Shown here in pieces: positions 35,186 to 49,387 of a stretch of DNA of 64,000 nucleotides. The translations under genes were made by a program, and so were the position numbers. The notes under the pieces are model-generated. The model was not told where the DNA came from, did not search any database, and saw only the letters and a list, made by a program, of their open reading frames with translations. Position 1 is the stretch's first letter. Every line of letters begins with the position of its first letter. The stretch is taken from the NCBI GenBank assembly GCA_964247055.1, contig OZ176055.1, forward strand, positions 5,146,001 to 5,210,000, written 5' to 3'. This stretch comes from Paragordius varius. Taxonomy: Eukaryota > Animalia > Nematomorpha.

Positions 35186-37436
35186 CACTGGTACCACCGC
35201 GGCCCGCGGGCCGCATGCGGCCCTAAGAGTGCTTTAAAATTGCCCTATGACCATATTGCTACTTAAATAATATTGTGGACTTTGTTTCTGTTTCAGTATT
35301 CTATTTTCTTATCTTTGAAATATATTTTCCTTTATTGTATTTAAGCAGGCCTTTCACCCAAACTTGCATATACATACTCTTATCATTGCTATCCTGCTTC
35401 ATTTTTTATGACTCATTCCCATAAAATATTTTTCAAATCAACATTAAATTTCAACCTGTTTTTTATAGTATAATTATGAAAAATTTACATTATATTTAAA
35501 CATATATTTAAGGGATGACATCTAACGCTAAAAACTTAAATTATCTGATGAAAATCACTCCTTTAAAAAAAGAATGGAAAGAAAAATTCTTTGTCGTTTT
35601 AAATAAAAATGTTACCAGCCTTATATGTAAGGACAACATAAAATACAATATTGAAAGACATTTTACGATCCATCATTCTTATAAATTACCAGAAAATCAA
35701 GAGGAAAGAAACGAAAAATGTAAAAAGATTAAGGAATAATATCAAAAAGAAAAATCTATTATGTCCATAGATTTCTCCCAGGAAAAAGCTGTAACATTAG
35801 CCTCGTATGACATATATTTTAAATACTAATAAAAGAACTAATAAATGGTTGCACTTTTTTTGATAAATTCCATAATAAAGATCAAATCATGAGGCAAATT
35901 AAAAAACTTCAACTTTCTGATTCAACATCTCGACGCATAGGTATATGTAAATATTTTATACATTATTGGCTCTAAAACTGCAAACATTTTAATATTGCTA
36001 TTGATTCTAGCGTTGATATTAGTTCAACACCCCAATGTGTGCTCTTCGTGAGATTTGGCAACGGCAACATAATGAACGAGGAATATTTAAAATTATTACC
36101 AATGAATAATACCACGAAAGCAAGTGATTTTCTCGAAATAATTAGCACTATTTCGATAATAATGGTATATCTATGAAAAAATTGGTTTCGATCTGCACAG
36201 ATGGCTGTCCTTCTATGATTGGAATAACAAAGGATTTATTCGCCTTTTGTAAAACAAATAAAATTGCAAAATATCTTATCCTTTCACTGCTTTATTCCTC
36301 AGCAAAACTTGGTTTCGCGTGTAGAAGATGAATCACTCAATTCAGTAATTAAAACGGTTGCGGATATAGTTAATCCATGGAACAGAATTCAACCGCGTAA
36401 ATTCGACCACCCTCTGAATATCCACAGTGAGTTTGGTGATATTCTCTTGTGCACCGCTGTGAGATGGCTAAGCCTTTGTAAAGTATTAAATAAATTTTTT
36501 GTTTTATGACATGAAATTCTATTATTTATAAAAGATAACAGAAAGTTTGACGAGGAATTTAATAGTGACAAATGGGTGGGTTTTATTAGCCCACCTTTGC
36601 GACATTAATTCTAAAGTATTTACAAGTCTTTAAAAGAGCAAAATAATCCAATTTGCTAATCAAATATTTGTTTTTGAAGAAAAAATAATAATAAACAAGA
36701 TTTTATAAATAAAACACTCTTATATTTTCCAAAACTTAAACGATTCATGTAGAAAATATGGAATTTACCGCGGAGATTAATTTAATAATAGAGAATCATT
36801 TAACATTATTTGATGAGATGAAATTCAGGTTTTAAAAATTAAGAAATATTAAAAATTGGTGAAAACTCGTTGAAAATCTATGGCATATGGATATATCCAA
36901 TATTAAGCAGCTTGAGCATTTCGGTTTTGATCAGGCGCATAATATTAAAGAATTCGTAGATTTTCAAAATGATTCCGATTCGGAGCTATATTTCAGGGGT
37001 ATCGTAGAGATATGTAGAGTTTTGGCAAGATGTACCAATTACATATGAATATATAAAAATGTACTCAAGTTATCCTAACTGTTTTTATCTCAACTTACAT
37101 AAGTGAGACGGCATATTCAAAAATGAAGTATGCCAAGAATACATACAGAAATCGTCGCTTAACCGATGATCATATAAACGACGCATTAAGATTGGCCTGT
37201 CCTGAGGCGAAACCAAATTTGTCAAAAAAAAATTGTTATGAAAATATTTTAATTTTTTAAACTAAATGATAACGAGTTTTTAGCTGGATTTACATGCGTT
37301 CCGCACAAAATTCATTGTGCCTATTTAGAGTTTAATATATGTCAAATAGCTATAAATTTGCCATTATAAGGTTCATGGCCCTCGAAAAAAAATATTTTTT
37401 ATTTGGTCCGTCAAATTTTTTTGGTGAGTACCACTG
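35186..37436 (+). mobile_element. Decayed hAT (Buster/SPIN-type) DNA transposon, copy 1
   Basis: Ends are CACTGGTACC...GCGGCCCGCGGGCCGCATGCGGCCC and GGTGAGTACCACTG. TSD GGATAGAT/GGATAGAA (7 of 8, nnnTAnnn). Frameshifted transposase motifs include KYNIERHF..HH, IAIDSSVDIS..QC.LFVR, ICTDGCPSMIG, FHCFI.QQ, TAVRWLS..KVL and STYISE...RLTDDH. Confidence 0.9.
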
Positions 37437-37511
37437 GGATAGAAGCATACATTTAAATTGGGACCGTTTCATTCATTAGTTTTTATAAAATAACTTAAAT
37501 ATTGTCTAGGG

Positions 37512-39764
37512 CAGTGATACTCAAACCGCGGCCCTAAGAGTGGCCCTATGACCATATTGATATTTAAATTATTTTTTTATTGGTGAATTTTTAAAATACA
37601 CATAAACGAATTTTCGCTTATTATATTAATTTATTTTCTTTAAATTAAAATTTTGGTAATTTATATTTATTTGAAATGTAGAAAAATTTCCTTACATTTA
37701 AATGATTTCAAAATTTTGGCATACGTTGTTTCTGCATTTTATTTTATTTTCTATTTTAAAATTATTGCATTCCTGTCGAGCTTTCATCCAAACTTGCATA
37801 TACATCTTTCATTGCTATCCTGCATCATTTTTTATTACGCATTAAAATATTTTTCAAATCAACATCATTAATTTTCGACTATTTTTTTATATAATTCAAA
37901 TTCCTTTTTTTGAAAAAATTTACATAATAAATATAAATATAAAGGATGACATCTAATGTTAAAATACGTAAATTATCCGATGAAAATTACTTCTTTTAAA
38001 AAGAGAAGGAGAGGAAAATTTGTAGTTTTAAATAAAAATGGTGTTTGCCTTATATGTAAAGACAACATAATTAAAATACAAATTTGAAAAAGAATTTTCA
38101 ATCAATCATTTTTATGAGGTAAGAAACGAAAAAGAGATCAAGTATACCAGAAAAAAAATCTATTATGTCCATAGCTTTCTCCTAGTAAAAAGCTGTAACA
38201 TTAGCTTAAAATTTGTTATATTTTAGGAAAAAATATGAAACCGTTAATTGATTTCAAAATCAAAGATTGTCTTATGAAGGGTTGCACTTTTTTTATTAGA
38301 TAAATTGCATAATAAAGAGCAAATCATGAGGCAAATAAAAAACTTCAACCTGATTCAACATGTGCTCGACGCATTTAAGTCTAATATTTACAATACATTA
38401 TTGGCTCTGAAAAACTGCAAATATTTTATTATTGATATTTATTCTAGCACTGATATTAGTTCAGCTTCTCAATGTGCGCTCTTCGTGAGATTATGCAACG
38501 ACAACATAATCAACGAGGAATATTTAAAATTTTTTAATAATGAATAATACCACGAAAGAAACTGATTTTTTCGAAATAATTACCTTTTTTTCTATAATAA
38601 TGGTATATTGAATGGGTTTCGATCTGCACAGATGGCTGTCCCTCTATGTTTGGAATAAACAAGGGATTTATTTCTCTTTTGAAAAACAAATATAATTTAC
38701 AAAATATTTTATCCTCTCACACCTTTATCATCAGCAAAACTTGGTTTCTCTTGTAAAAAATGAACTCAATTCAGTAATTAAAACGGTTGTGGATATAGTT
38801 AACCACATCCGTGGCAGAGAATTCAACCCCTGTAAATTTATAAACCTTCTGAAAAATATCCACAGGTTTAATATATTCTTTTGTATACCGCTGTAAGATG
38901 GCTGAGCCTTAGCAAAGTATTAAATAGATTTTTGTAAGACAAAATTATTTATAAATGATAACAGAAAGTTTGACGAGGAAATTAATAGTGACAAATGATG
39001 GATTAGCCTACGTTTGCGACATTACTTATAAACTTAGTATATTCAATACAAGTCGGAGCAAAATAATAACTTAATTCACTAATGGAGATTAATTTAATAA
39101 TAGACAAATATTTAATATTTTTATCTTATAAATGAAATTCAGATTCCAAGCATCATGGAATAATAAAAATTGCTTAAAACTTGTTGAAAATCCATGGCAT
39201 AGGGATATATTCAATATTAAGCAACTTGAACCTTTCGGTTTTGATCAGGTGCATATCATTGAAGAATTCGTAGATATTAAAAATGATCCCAATTTGGAGG
39301 CGATATTAGGAGAACCGTAAAGAAGAAAGATATGTAGAATTTTGGCGAGATATGCCAAATAAATATAATAAAAAATGTGCTCAAGTGATCCTAACTGTTT
39401 TTCCCTCAACTTTAACGTTTAAGACGGCATATTCAAAAATATATATGTCAAAAATACATATAGAGATCGCTAAACCGATGATCATATGGACGACGTATTA
39501 TTAGCCTGTTATGAGGCGAAACCAAATTTTTCAAAAATTAATGGTTAATATCAAAATAAATGTTGTTATTATAATATTTTAATTTTTTAAACTAAATGAT
39601 GCAAAACGAGCTTTTAGCTGGATTTACATTCGATCCGCAAAAAATTCTATAAATATGTGCATATGTGTCAAAGAGCTATGGAATATTTGCGTAGGGTTTT
39701 GTGGCCTTTGATGAAAAAAATAAATTTTATTTGGCCCGTCAAAATTTTTTGGTGAGTACCACTG
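37512..39764 (+). mobile_element. Decayed hAT (Buster/SPIN-type) DNA transposon, copy 2
   Basis: Ends are CAGTGATACTCA and TGAGTACCACTG, with a perfect 8-bp TSD GTCTAGGG (37504-37511, 39765-39772). It carries the same transposase remnants as copy 1 (IDIYSSTDISSASQCALFVR, TDGCPSM, RWLS) with independent frameshifts. Confidence 0.92.
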
Positions 39765-40192
39765 GTCTAGGGTAATAAGATTCCCCAATTTAAATCAAAG
39801 TGTTTAATCATTAATATCGGATTTTTAAAAAGTAACTTAAATGTATATTATTTAACAAATTTTATAAACATTCTGCGCTTTGAGCATGATATGGGATTGT
39901 GAAAGCGTAATTATACATTTAGCCAAATATATTTTATTTTTTGTAAAGGCACCATACAAAACTGGCCTGAAAATACATTAAAGTTAAATTTGGATTTACA
40001 TTTAAATATTGAATATATTGGCACAATTTTTTTTATTTTAGTTAGAAGTTAGTATGTTTTACATTGGTGGATTTTAACAAAGCTTAAACTCTGCAAAATA
40101 ATATTTATTTTTAAAGTTTAATGTTAAATTATATAAAAGGTTTTGAATTTGGTCTACAGCAAAAATAAAACGTTAAATATCTAGCGAGTATT

Positions 40193-40676
40193 TAATACTT
40201 CGATTCAAATTGGTATCTAAATACCCCAGACTAAATTTAAATTAATATTTTTAAAAAACTACTGAAGGAAACGGTCTCAATTTAAATTTATGCTTCTATC
40301 CTGATAAATATTATATAAATATGCCAAAATATTTTTATAAAATTTTATTTTGAAAAAGCTCCATCTCAAACTACTTCGAGGCCATTTTTATTTTATAAAA
40401 TCTTTGCAAAATATCGTCTTTGTTTAATTTTAAGGGTAAAACTAAAGCTAATTTTTTATATAAATTACATCTAACATTGATAGAAATAGAAAAAGCGGTT
40501 TAGTTTGTATAATTTTTCAATTTGACACATGTCACGTTGACGAAATTTTTACCTTTCGGTTTTAGCTTAAAATAAGTAATATCAAGTATTTTTGAAAAAA
40601 TTTTAGGCCTGGGGTATCCAACTACCCCAATTTGAATCGAAGGACTAAAATGAGTATGTTGTATCCAAGTGTTAAT
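40193..40676 (-). mobile_element. MITE family C copy (internally deleted), just upstream of SEC61G
   Basis: Reads TTAATACTTCGATTCAAATTGG...GTTGTATCCAAGTGTTAA. It ends about 90 bp before the SEC61G ATG. Confidence 0.8.
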
Positions 40677-40762
40677 GATCTAAATCAGCATCAATATTTA
40701 TTCATTTTTATCATATTGTTTTTTGTTCCTAGTGATTTATATTTCACATATTACGTATTACG

Positions 40763-41020
<258 letters not shown>

Positions 41021-43734
41021 AATGGTATTTTAACTTAAAAATGAATATAATCTTTATTACTATTATTTCAACCCATAAATAAATGACTTTTTTATTCGAA
41101 TTTTTGTTTTACCATTGGTGATTTTGGTTTCGAAATCTGGCATATCAAACCGGATTGTTTAAAATTATTAATTTTTGGTCGATGGTATACACCCGGATGA
41201 TAAATGTTCAAATCTCCCAAATGAGGTTATATGTATTAATAAATAATATCAAGTATTTCTTTTTTTAATGACTCTTATATTTTAAATGAAAATAAATATG
41301 ATTTTAATGCGAAAGGGATTTTGTTGTTTTTGATTATGGATGCCAAGATTTACGATGATTAGGTGATTATAATTGGATTAGCATTATGCACTTTGCATGT
41401 TGGGCGATGATGCGGAATTATATGTCTAATATTCTTGCATAGTGGCTGAATTTGGATTGAAATTTTAGATGTATCGATTATGTGCGAATTAATACAATAA
41501 CCAACGCTTTTTACTCAGTTTTTAAATATGTTTGCAAAGATACATTTTTTTATTTAAAAATATTAAAATTTTGGCGGGTGGTTGAATCGGTGCATGTGGG
41601 AGACCCCCTTCTTTGCATTCAATTTATTTGAAAGATTAAAACAACTTCACTACACAAATTAGTGTTAAGATTTTTATATAATTTATTATTTAAAATTTTT
41701 CGCTTAAAGAAAAAATTAATTGCATGAACAAATATTTATAGACCTGAATAGTAACTCAAACTCAGAAAGTGCTTTTTATGGTCCTCTATTCAAACTTGTT
41801 TATTTTCTCTCAAAATTTTAAACTTAAGTAGTTACAAAATAAAAAATTTTGCGGCTAATGATTACCTCTGCAATAAGTTATCTCAAGATAAATAATTCAT
41901 GGCATAACAAATTGACCCTGATTCTTCCACATTTATTATTGAAATATTTTTTGTAAGTTAATGGCACAAGAGTCATATTCAGCAAATATTTTGTCATACT
42001 CATTTAGATTATACATATCTGCAGTGTCAAACAAATATGCAATAATTGTTGGTTTTATATGGAGCACGGCCCTTAAACAAAAAAATATCCGGCCTGTCAA
42101 AATTTTAGGTGAGTAACACTGATATAGAATTATGGAAATAAAGAAATACAATTTTTGAGTAGTTGCTATTAAGCATGAAAAATATTTAAAAACATTTACA
42201 TAACGTTATCTTGTGCGAATAGAGTTACAGAAGGCATCTGAACTAAATATACCTTATGGTTTAAGGTATTGTTTCAAAATAGTCATCAATTTTTATCACG
42301 CGTTTTTTCAAAGAAACCAAGAACAATAAATAAATTAACATGTCGTTCTTACACATAGCGATTTTATAATCTTGCAACGAACCTAGCGATTGTGATTAGG
42401 ACGTTTTGCCTGGATAAATCATTTTTAGAAGATTTATTATTACTAGGGCGTCTAAGTCAATTATAATTGTTAAAAACTCTTTTTTCAAATCATAAAGCTG
42501 CATAAAAATTCTTAATAGAGTGAGCAATTACTAATATTTGGTCGCCAATGAATGTAAATCAGAGAATTTATTACACGATAATTATATATTAGTATAATTT
42601 ATCCACATGTATAATAAATATATTTTTACGAAAAAAGCTAGACAGTTCTATTAAATAAGATTTTTACATTTAGCGTTTCACTAATATCATATATGGTACG
42701 CAAATTATATATACCAAATAATTATTTGTTGAATATTAATATATTTTTTTCCTTATAAAATTGGTTCATTATTGGATGAGATAAACTTTTATATATAAAA
42801 TATCTCTCTTGAGCTCAAGTCTCTCATTTTTTAATATTTATGTTTTCAAGTTTTGGATCTTCTTTTGGAATAGGAAGGATAAAAGCAGGATTCTATATTA
42901 ATAGAATATTATAATAATAAAATTATTCTATGTAGTAGAATTAAAAGCTTGTAAATTTTATTCACAATAATTAAATGAAAATACAATTTTTTATAATAAA
43001 AATGATAATGATAAACTACTTTAAAAATAAGAAAAAAAAACTAAATCAAAATTGCATTTAACGCTTTAGAACTTTTCACTTTTTTGTCCGCAATGACATA
43101 TTGGGGTAGTTCTATAACAAGCTCAATCTTGTAAATGAATACTGTTTTGTAAAATATTTTAGTTATTATTAAACCGTGAATTAGATAATAATTTATATTT
43201 ACAGTTTTGTCTAGTTTAAAATTGTGACAGCCCAACACGAATACAGCTGATTTTAAAATCAATAAATATCACATTTTTGCTGGTAAAATATAACCTGAAT
43301 GCTTATTAAAGTTATTTATTTACACTTTTAACCATAAAATACATTTCGCCTATTGTATTAGTGATTTAAAAAAATTAAAAGAGAAAAATGGCGGTGAAAA
43401 GTCCAAGGTTAGGATTTTTTAACAATTTTATTTTTTTAAAAAAAAAATTTATGTAGCATGTGCCTTAGCCGAAGAAAACAGATCTTTTAATTTCGGCATA
43501 ATACCTTAACTTTTAAGACATTCAATTTTCTAATCGGTCTAGGATATCAAAGTACGCCCAAAAGGTGACGAAGTGTTAAAATATCTAAGCTAAATAGTAA
43601 ATCTATATGTGCCAAATGAGGTATTATATTATATCATTCTATCAAATTTTTCTTATTTTGCTATATGTCTGAGCAAAGCAGCGTTGAATAAATCTTTTTA
43701 CGGACATAGTAAAGTTTTTAAATTGTGAATATAT

Positions 43735-44345
43735 ATATATGCATTTCAAGTTGGTCCTTGAACAATTCAAGTTGGTCCTTGAACACTTCTAGTTGGTCCT
43801 TTGACTTTTTTTGTTTTGTTTTTGGCTATATCAATCAAATCGTATATCATTTATCTATTTTATCGTTTTTAATCTATTTTCTATTATTTAACCTAAATTT
43901 TAAATCAATATCACCTTTTAATCATTGAAAAACCGTATATCATTAATTTCTTAAAATTAATTTGGTTTAAAGGATTTTAACACGTTAATAAAAAATATAT
44001 AAGTTTTCGGAGTTATTGTTTAAAATTTTTCATTAAAAACATTAAAAATTTTGTTGAATTGGAAAAAAATTAGGTTGGAACAAAAAAGTGGTTTTTGAAT
44101 AAAATTTTAAATTTTTAATGAATAAATATATAATATATAAAGAAAATTAGTTTAAAAATAATAATATTAAAAAATACTTCCAAAAATTATGGTCAAATCA
44201 AAATTTAAAATTTTAAGGACCAATTTGAAGTCAAGAACCAACTTGAAATGTTCAAGGACCAACTTGAAGTGTTCAAGGACCAACTTGAAATGTTCAAGGA
44301 CCATCTTGAAGTGTTCAAGGACACTCTTGAAGTCCAAATGGTATA
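43735..44345. repeat. Foldback element with inverted 21-bp minisatellite arms, flanked by (TA)n
   Basis: The unit TTCAAGGACCAACTTGAA(A/G)TG occurs about 6 times at 44215-44332 and about 3 times inverted at 43745-43800. TATATA tracts lie on both outer sides. Confidence 0.75.
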
Positions 44346-45338
44346 TATATATGTAAAAAAACTTCCATACCAAAAGTTTATAATCGGGATATGTTGACAG
44401 AAAACACGGAATCATATGAGGAATTTGACTTTGGTTCGATAAAGTATGAAGAAATGATGTATCAAAATCCATATCTCTACAATAATATCCATAAATATAA
44501 ACCTGTATTTTAAGTTATATAAAGTCAATAATAATTTACATGGTTTTTCCAAAGAGATTTATGTTCTTGAAATTTCTTTATGTCAACTTGTATATTTACT
44601 CAATATTTAAATATTATCCAAAAATATAACCCTTATAAAATAATTTTAGTGATGATTTTTGTATGCAAGATTAACACTTCATTACTTTTCATTTTTTTGT
44701 CCCAGTTTATATATTGGGGAGTTTACATCCCAGAGTTCAATTTAGTAAATCAAGAGTTTTGAAAGTTTTTTCAGTTAAATTTAATTATTAAATATGGTTC
44801 TCATATATTAGATAAAAAAGCTTATATTTTGTTTTGTGGCCTCAGTTTAAAATTGGAGCAGCTCCAAAGCACGATTGAAACGAACAGCTGTAATTAAAAT
44901 AAATCTAAGTTTTGCTGGTAAAATGCAGCCTAAAAGAAAATGTTTTGAGTTGATATAAAAAAAATTTGTATAATGCGCCTAAAAGGCTAAATTTGGCTTA
45001 ATACCTTAAAAACGATTTAAGATATTCAAATCTTAAAACGCTCTGGATATAAAATACCAAAAGGTAATTGAGTGTTAACACAACAAGATATATTTTGAAA
45101 AGGGCAAAGTTTGCTATAGAGATTTTTTATTTATTTGTTCTCATCAAATTATTCATATACCAGTTTAGTAGATATTATAAATTAATTCTTATAATATTAT
45201 TTTTCTTTATCCAATCATCGTTTAATTTTAAATTAATTTCCCAGGTTGGGCTCAGCTAGTTAAATCAAAAAACTTTGCATTACATCAAATAAAATTGGAC
45301 ATTTAAAAACAACAAAGTTAAGGAAACTTATATAGCAC

Positions 45339-45617
45339 TTACTCTTTATTCAAAATCATTTTATGTTTTTTGTCAAAATTGATATAACCACTTTTGATGG
45401 AAAGCTCCGCGGTTTCTATCAATTTTTGTGTTAAAACCGTGGCATCCTTATTATCCGATTTGCATTTAGTAAGAGAGCCTCTTTTGAATTCATTGATATC
45501 TTTACAATAAAGTGGTGCTAAACTATCCAAATTATAGAAGTTTAAATTACAGTCACCAAAATTTTCAAATTGTAGGGGAATAGAATTCGATATACAATCC
45601 ATATTTTGTGTATTGCC
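45339..45617 (-). CDS. Possible terminal exon of an unidentified gene
   Basis: A 93-codon open frame with an upstream acceptor-like ATAATAG at 45618-45624. The protein-like composition is suggestive, but no family was recognised. Confidence 0.3.
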   Translation of the reverse strand, partial: GNTQNMDCISNSIPLQFENFGDCNLNFYNLDSLAPLYCKDINEFKRGSLTKCKSDNKDATVLTQKLIETAELSIKSGYINFDKKHKMILNKE

Positions 45618-46229
45618 CTATTATTGTATAAAATCGTTGATTTTTTTTAAATCAGGCAGGATAATTATGATAAAGAATTAATACATTAATAAAGTGTAAA
45701 ATATTTTGAGACAATTTTCCTGAAAAGATGTGGACTCTTTCAAATTCAAAAGTTCATTTATACATTCCAAATGCGCCAAGTATAATCGAGCCATATTTTT
45801 GAATTAATACTCAGTCAAGCCCCACCTGTGTAATAGTTTTTTGAAAGATACAAGTCCATTTTTCGAAAAATTTATAGGCACGTTTTAATATATTTTTAAT
45901 ACGAATGAGCCGAAGTCGGCCAATTTCAATGAGCCGCCATATGACGGTTTTTTGCAAAACTGAATTAAAAATAAATTTTTAAAACAATTATTTTGCCAAG
46001 TTATGAGATTATAACAAACAATAGGGTTTTAAGTCCCACTACATAGACAAATTAGTACAGAGCTTTTCTAATTGCTATATATATATATATAGCACCACCT
46101 TTTAAATACGCATATAAAAATTACGTGGCCAAATTCTATTTCAAGTTATGAGACTTGTTAACATCAATAGTCGTTTATTCCCCGCATAAAGGCAAAAATT
46201 AAGTTGAGCGGTATCACCGCTGAATAGAG

Positions 46230-46860
46230 CCCCACTCAGATGAGACCATGTAATACTAATAATGGTTTAAAGTACCGGTATGCGCTTTCTAATTTGCCCT
46301 TGAGTGAATCTCAGTATAGGCCACTATATATAACTGGTTTTGAAACTGACTTTCTGAAAACCTACAATACCATATGCATATACTGGTTTTAGGTTTTGCT
46401 AGTATAACGGAAAAAATAAACGATTTTTCAAATTAGCCTCTAATAGGGCTCCATTATTTGGATACGCCAATATGTAAACAACGGCTTTGAAGCTTTTTGC
46501 AAAATGTTTCTGGCTTCTTGGGTAGTTGTAATTTGATAGCCAGTTTAGGAGGGGATCATATTAGAAGTCATATCCGGGTACTTAGCGTTATAAGAATATA
46601 TTGGCAGGATGAATGTCATGTGTATAGACGTCTTTTGGGGTGAAAGATGTTGACTAAAAGTTTATGTATTTGGCAATTAATCGGCCGCCTCTCTTATTTT
46701 TTGGACTAATCTTGGGCGTCTTAAAACAGGGGAATGGTTATCCTCCCCTTTATTGTTGTGGTTTCTAAGGTCGATTCTGACTAACTGCAAAATTGAAAAA
46801 ATATCCTCTCCACTCATTGCGACTATAGGGTTTAATTCAGCTAATGTTTGGTTTATTTCT
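46230..46860 (-). mobile_element. Highly decayed non-LTR retrotransposon fragment
   Basis: Scattered LINE-like motifs on the minus strand (EINQTLAELNP...SGEDI; LKPVYAYGIVG; KLESAYRYF) with many stops. Confidence 0.4.
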
Positions 46861-46869
46861 TTGAGTATG

Positions 46870-46985
46870 TTGGCAGCCTAATACGCCAGGTTACATTATG
46901 AGATCCAACTCACTCGAAAAGTCACTAATGCTGGGAAAAAAGAGTGGTCCTCGTAAAAGAGGAAGAACTCGCTGATGGATCACCT
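46870..46985 (+). mobile_element. RTE-like LINE 3' fragment
   Basis: Reads RSNSLEKSLMLGKKSGPRKRGRTR*W, the typical RTE C-terminal SLEK..MLG..G.R.RGR...W motif. Confidence 0.65.
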
Positions 46986-48915
46986 CTTTTATATAGTGCT
47001 TATTATAGTCATATTAATATTTTTAATAAATAAAAAGAAGCAATAAATTATAAACTTTCGCCTTGAAAGGCTAAAAAATGATTTATAAAATAAGCTTTTG
47101 CACTTTTAAACGAATCACAATAAAAGATTGCGACTTATCTTACATTAGAAATTTGATAAAAATTTAAAGATATATGTTATATTTCTTGGCAATAGGCTAA
47201 GTCATCAACAAGTTTTTATAGTTTCAAACTGATTATTCTAGTTAAAAGAATTTAACATTTAAAATCTGGAGTGTCCAACGATGGGCTGCATCATTGACTC
47301 AAAAAGCAACGCATCCAAAAAATAAAGATAAAACATAGACTGTATTTTACAAATACAATTCAGCCACTTAACTTAATTTTGACCAATTATAGTCCTAACA
47401 TTTCGGCCAAGAATTTATTTAAAAAATACCTGCATAGTTCAAAAAACGATTTATTACATAATGCAAATGTACAAATTTCTGATATAGACATTGTGAAGGC
47501 CATTTATGTCCTTGTAAACACCTAAATATTTTACTATCGTCCATATTAATTTTAATTTTCTATTGAATAATAAAATACTGGTTACCTTTAAGGTGTCCGT
47601 TAAAAATATTTTTATGCATGCAATTGTAAACCATATGCATTTCTAATTGGTCATTACACATTAAATAATTTGAATAACAATACAATAAATTGAATATTAG
47701 GCTGTTTTCTGATTCTGAAAGTATTAATTAATTTTATAATTTTTTATCATTGCTTTCAACTAATGTTATAAAATAGAATGAAAATCGTAATAGTTGAGAT
47801 TGTTCATTATTTGCAACCCGCAAAAGCTGTGGAGATTATGGCTACATCCATGCTTAAACAAAAAATAAAACCAAAAACATTTGAGTCATGATTATGTAAA
47901 TTTATAATGATTAACTTAAACATGATTCTTGTTTAAAATGCCAACTAGCAAAAATTGTTAGCAGTAAATCATGCATATTACTATTGTTTTTAATATATTT
48001 ATGATATATTTATTATATTGTTATAAAAAAAATAATTAAAATTACCTGGATACCTATAGCTCGTATCAGATCAAAAACATCTTTAAAAGTACGCTGTATG
48101 CTAAATCATCTGACACACAGAGAAAATTTAATATATTTAGGAAATAAAAACACAGGCGATTTTAGCGAGAGAAAATAAAATTAAAGTTAAGGTAAGACAG
48201 CGGGAAATATGTGATAGGTAAAAAGTAAACAATTTGGTTGTAGATGAAAAGGTATAACTTCGAGATTAATTACCCGTAGAATGTGCAATGTGTTGTTAGT
48301 GTAGCTGATACCTTTGAAGTCCAAAACTTAAATGACAGAAAAATTTGCTTAGTTTATTAATCGTTTCTCCTGTTACTCTATTATTTTCCCATTTGCAATG
48401 GTGTATAGATTATTTGTATAGTTGTTTATAAATTTCTTATAATGTTTTTAAAGAATACATATGGTGTAATTTATATATTATAAAGCTTAAATATACTTAG
48501 TTTAAAATTTGTCATAACAATATAATAAATATCCTGACAATATGCCTCAAACTAAACGCATTCACGACTGTATATGCACACATTTTAAACAGATGAAGGT
48601 ATATTTTATGGATAGCTCACCGACTCTGACAATTGCATCACCAATTGTACGAAAGGGTGTACCCCGTGCTATTGTCATTTTCATATTTTAAGTAAAGGTT
48701 CACAAAGTTTAAATTAAAAGCCTGTTGTCTTCAACTTATATTTCGTAACTTTCTTAAGAAGTATTTTTTCTTCTTATGCTAATGACCGGGCCTTTTTCAT
48801 TTAAAATACCGTTTATTTACCTAGTTCAGACTGTATAGTTTTAAGAATATTCTGATGGATAAATATATCAGGAATGATGCTTTTGGATGGCTATACGAAG
48901 GGAGAAATTTATTAA

Positions 48916-49387
48916 CACGTTGACGGACAATTGCGGCTATAGCCGTCAAAGCGAAGTTCACAATGTGGCATGACTGCTATAGCCGTCCAAAACGAAACGG
49001 TCGTTTTTAGACACTACGGCTATAGCAGCACAAATGTGCACTTACTGGCGTATAGGTAGAAGCATAGTGTCGTGTTTTGAAAACATCTTTTTAGGTTGAA
49101 GTTCATATTTCACCTGTTATACGAGTTGCAGATTCAGTATGTACGTGGTTGTAAAGGGAGTAGTGCGATCGTGTTTTCTATTGAATTTATAGTTCTTATT
49201 GATACGTTTAACGATATTTATTATTATTTATATAACTATACTGGTACCTAATTAAAGGTACTAAATTAATCAAAATTAAGTTTATTTAAGCAGAAAGAGT
49301 AAAACTATACTTTTAACATTCTAAAAATCATAAAAACATATAGTGTCAATTTTCGAACTTCGCTTGTTCCTACTGTCCGTCAACGTG
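48916..49387. mobile_element. piggyBac-type MITE, family D (472 bp)
   Basis: Perfect 14-bp TIR CACGTTGACGGACA / TGTCCGTCAACGTG with TTAA on both sides (48912-48915, 49388-49391). Confidence 0.9.

Larger units (their letters stand above)
34761..39807 (+). mobile_element. MITE family C copy split into three pieces by two hAT insertions
   Basis: Pieces 34761-35185, 37437-37511 and 39765-39807 join into one continuous family C sequence (...TTATTGGGATAGAAGCATAC...GGGACCGTTTC...GTCTAGGG...CCCCAATTTAAATCAAAGTG). Confidence 0.8.

Noticed and set aside
44215-44332. CRISPR-like reading of the regular repeats
   Set aside because: The units are directly adjacent with no unique spacers, there are no cas genes, and the context is eukaryotic.
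44167-44472. 101-aa ORF with LEHFKLV repeats
   Set aside because: It is the translation of the 21-bp minisatellite, not a gene.
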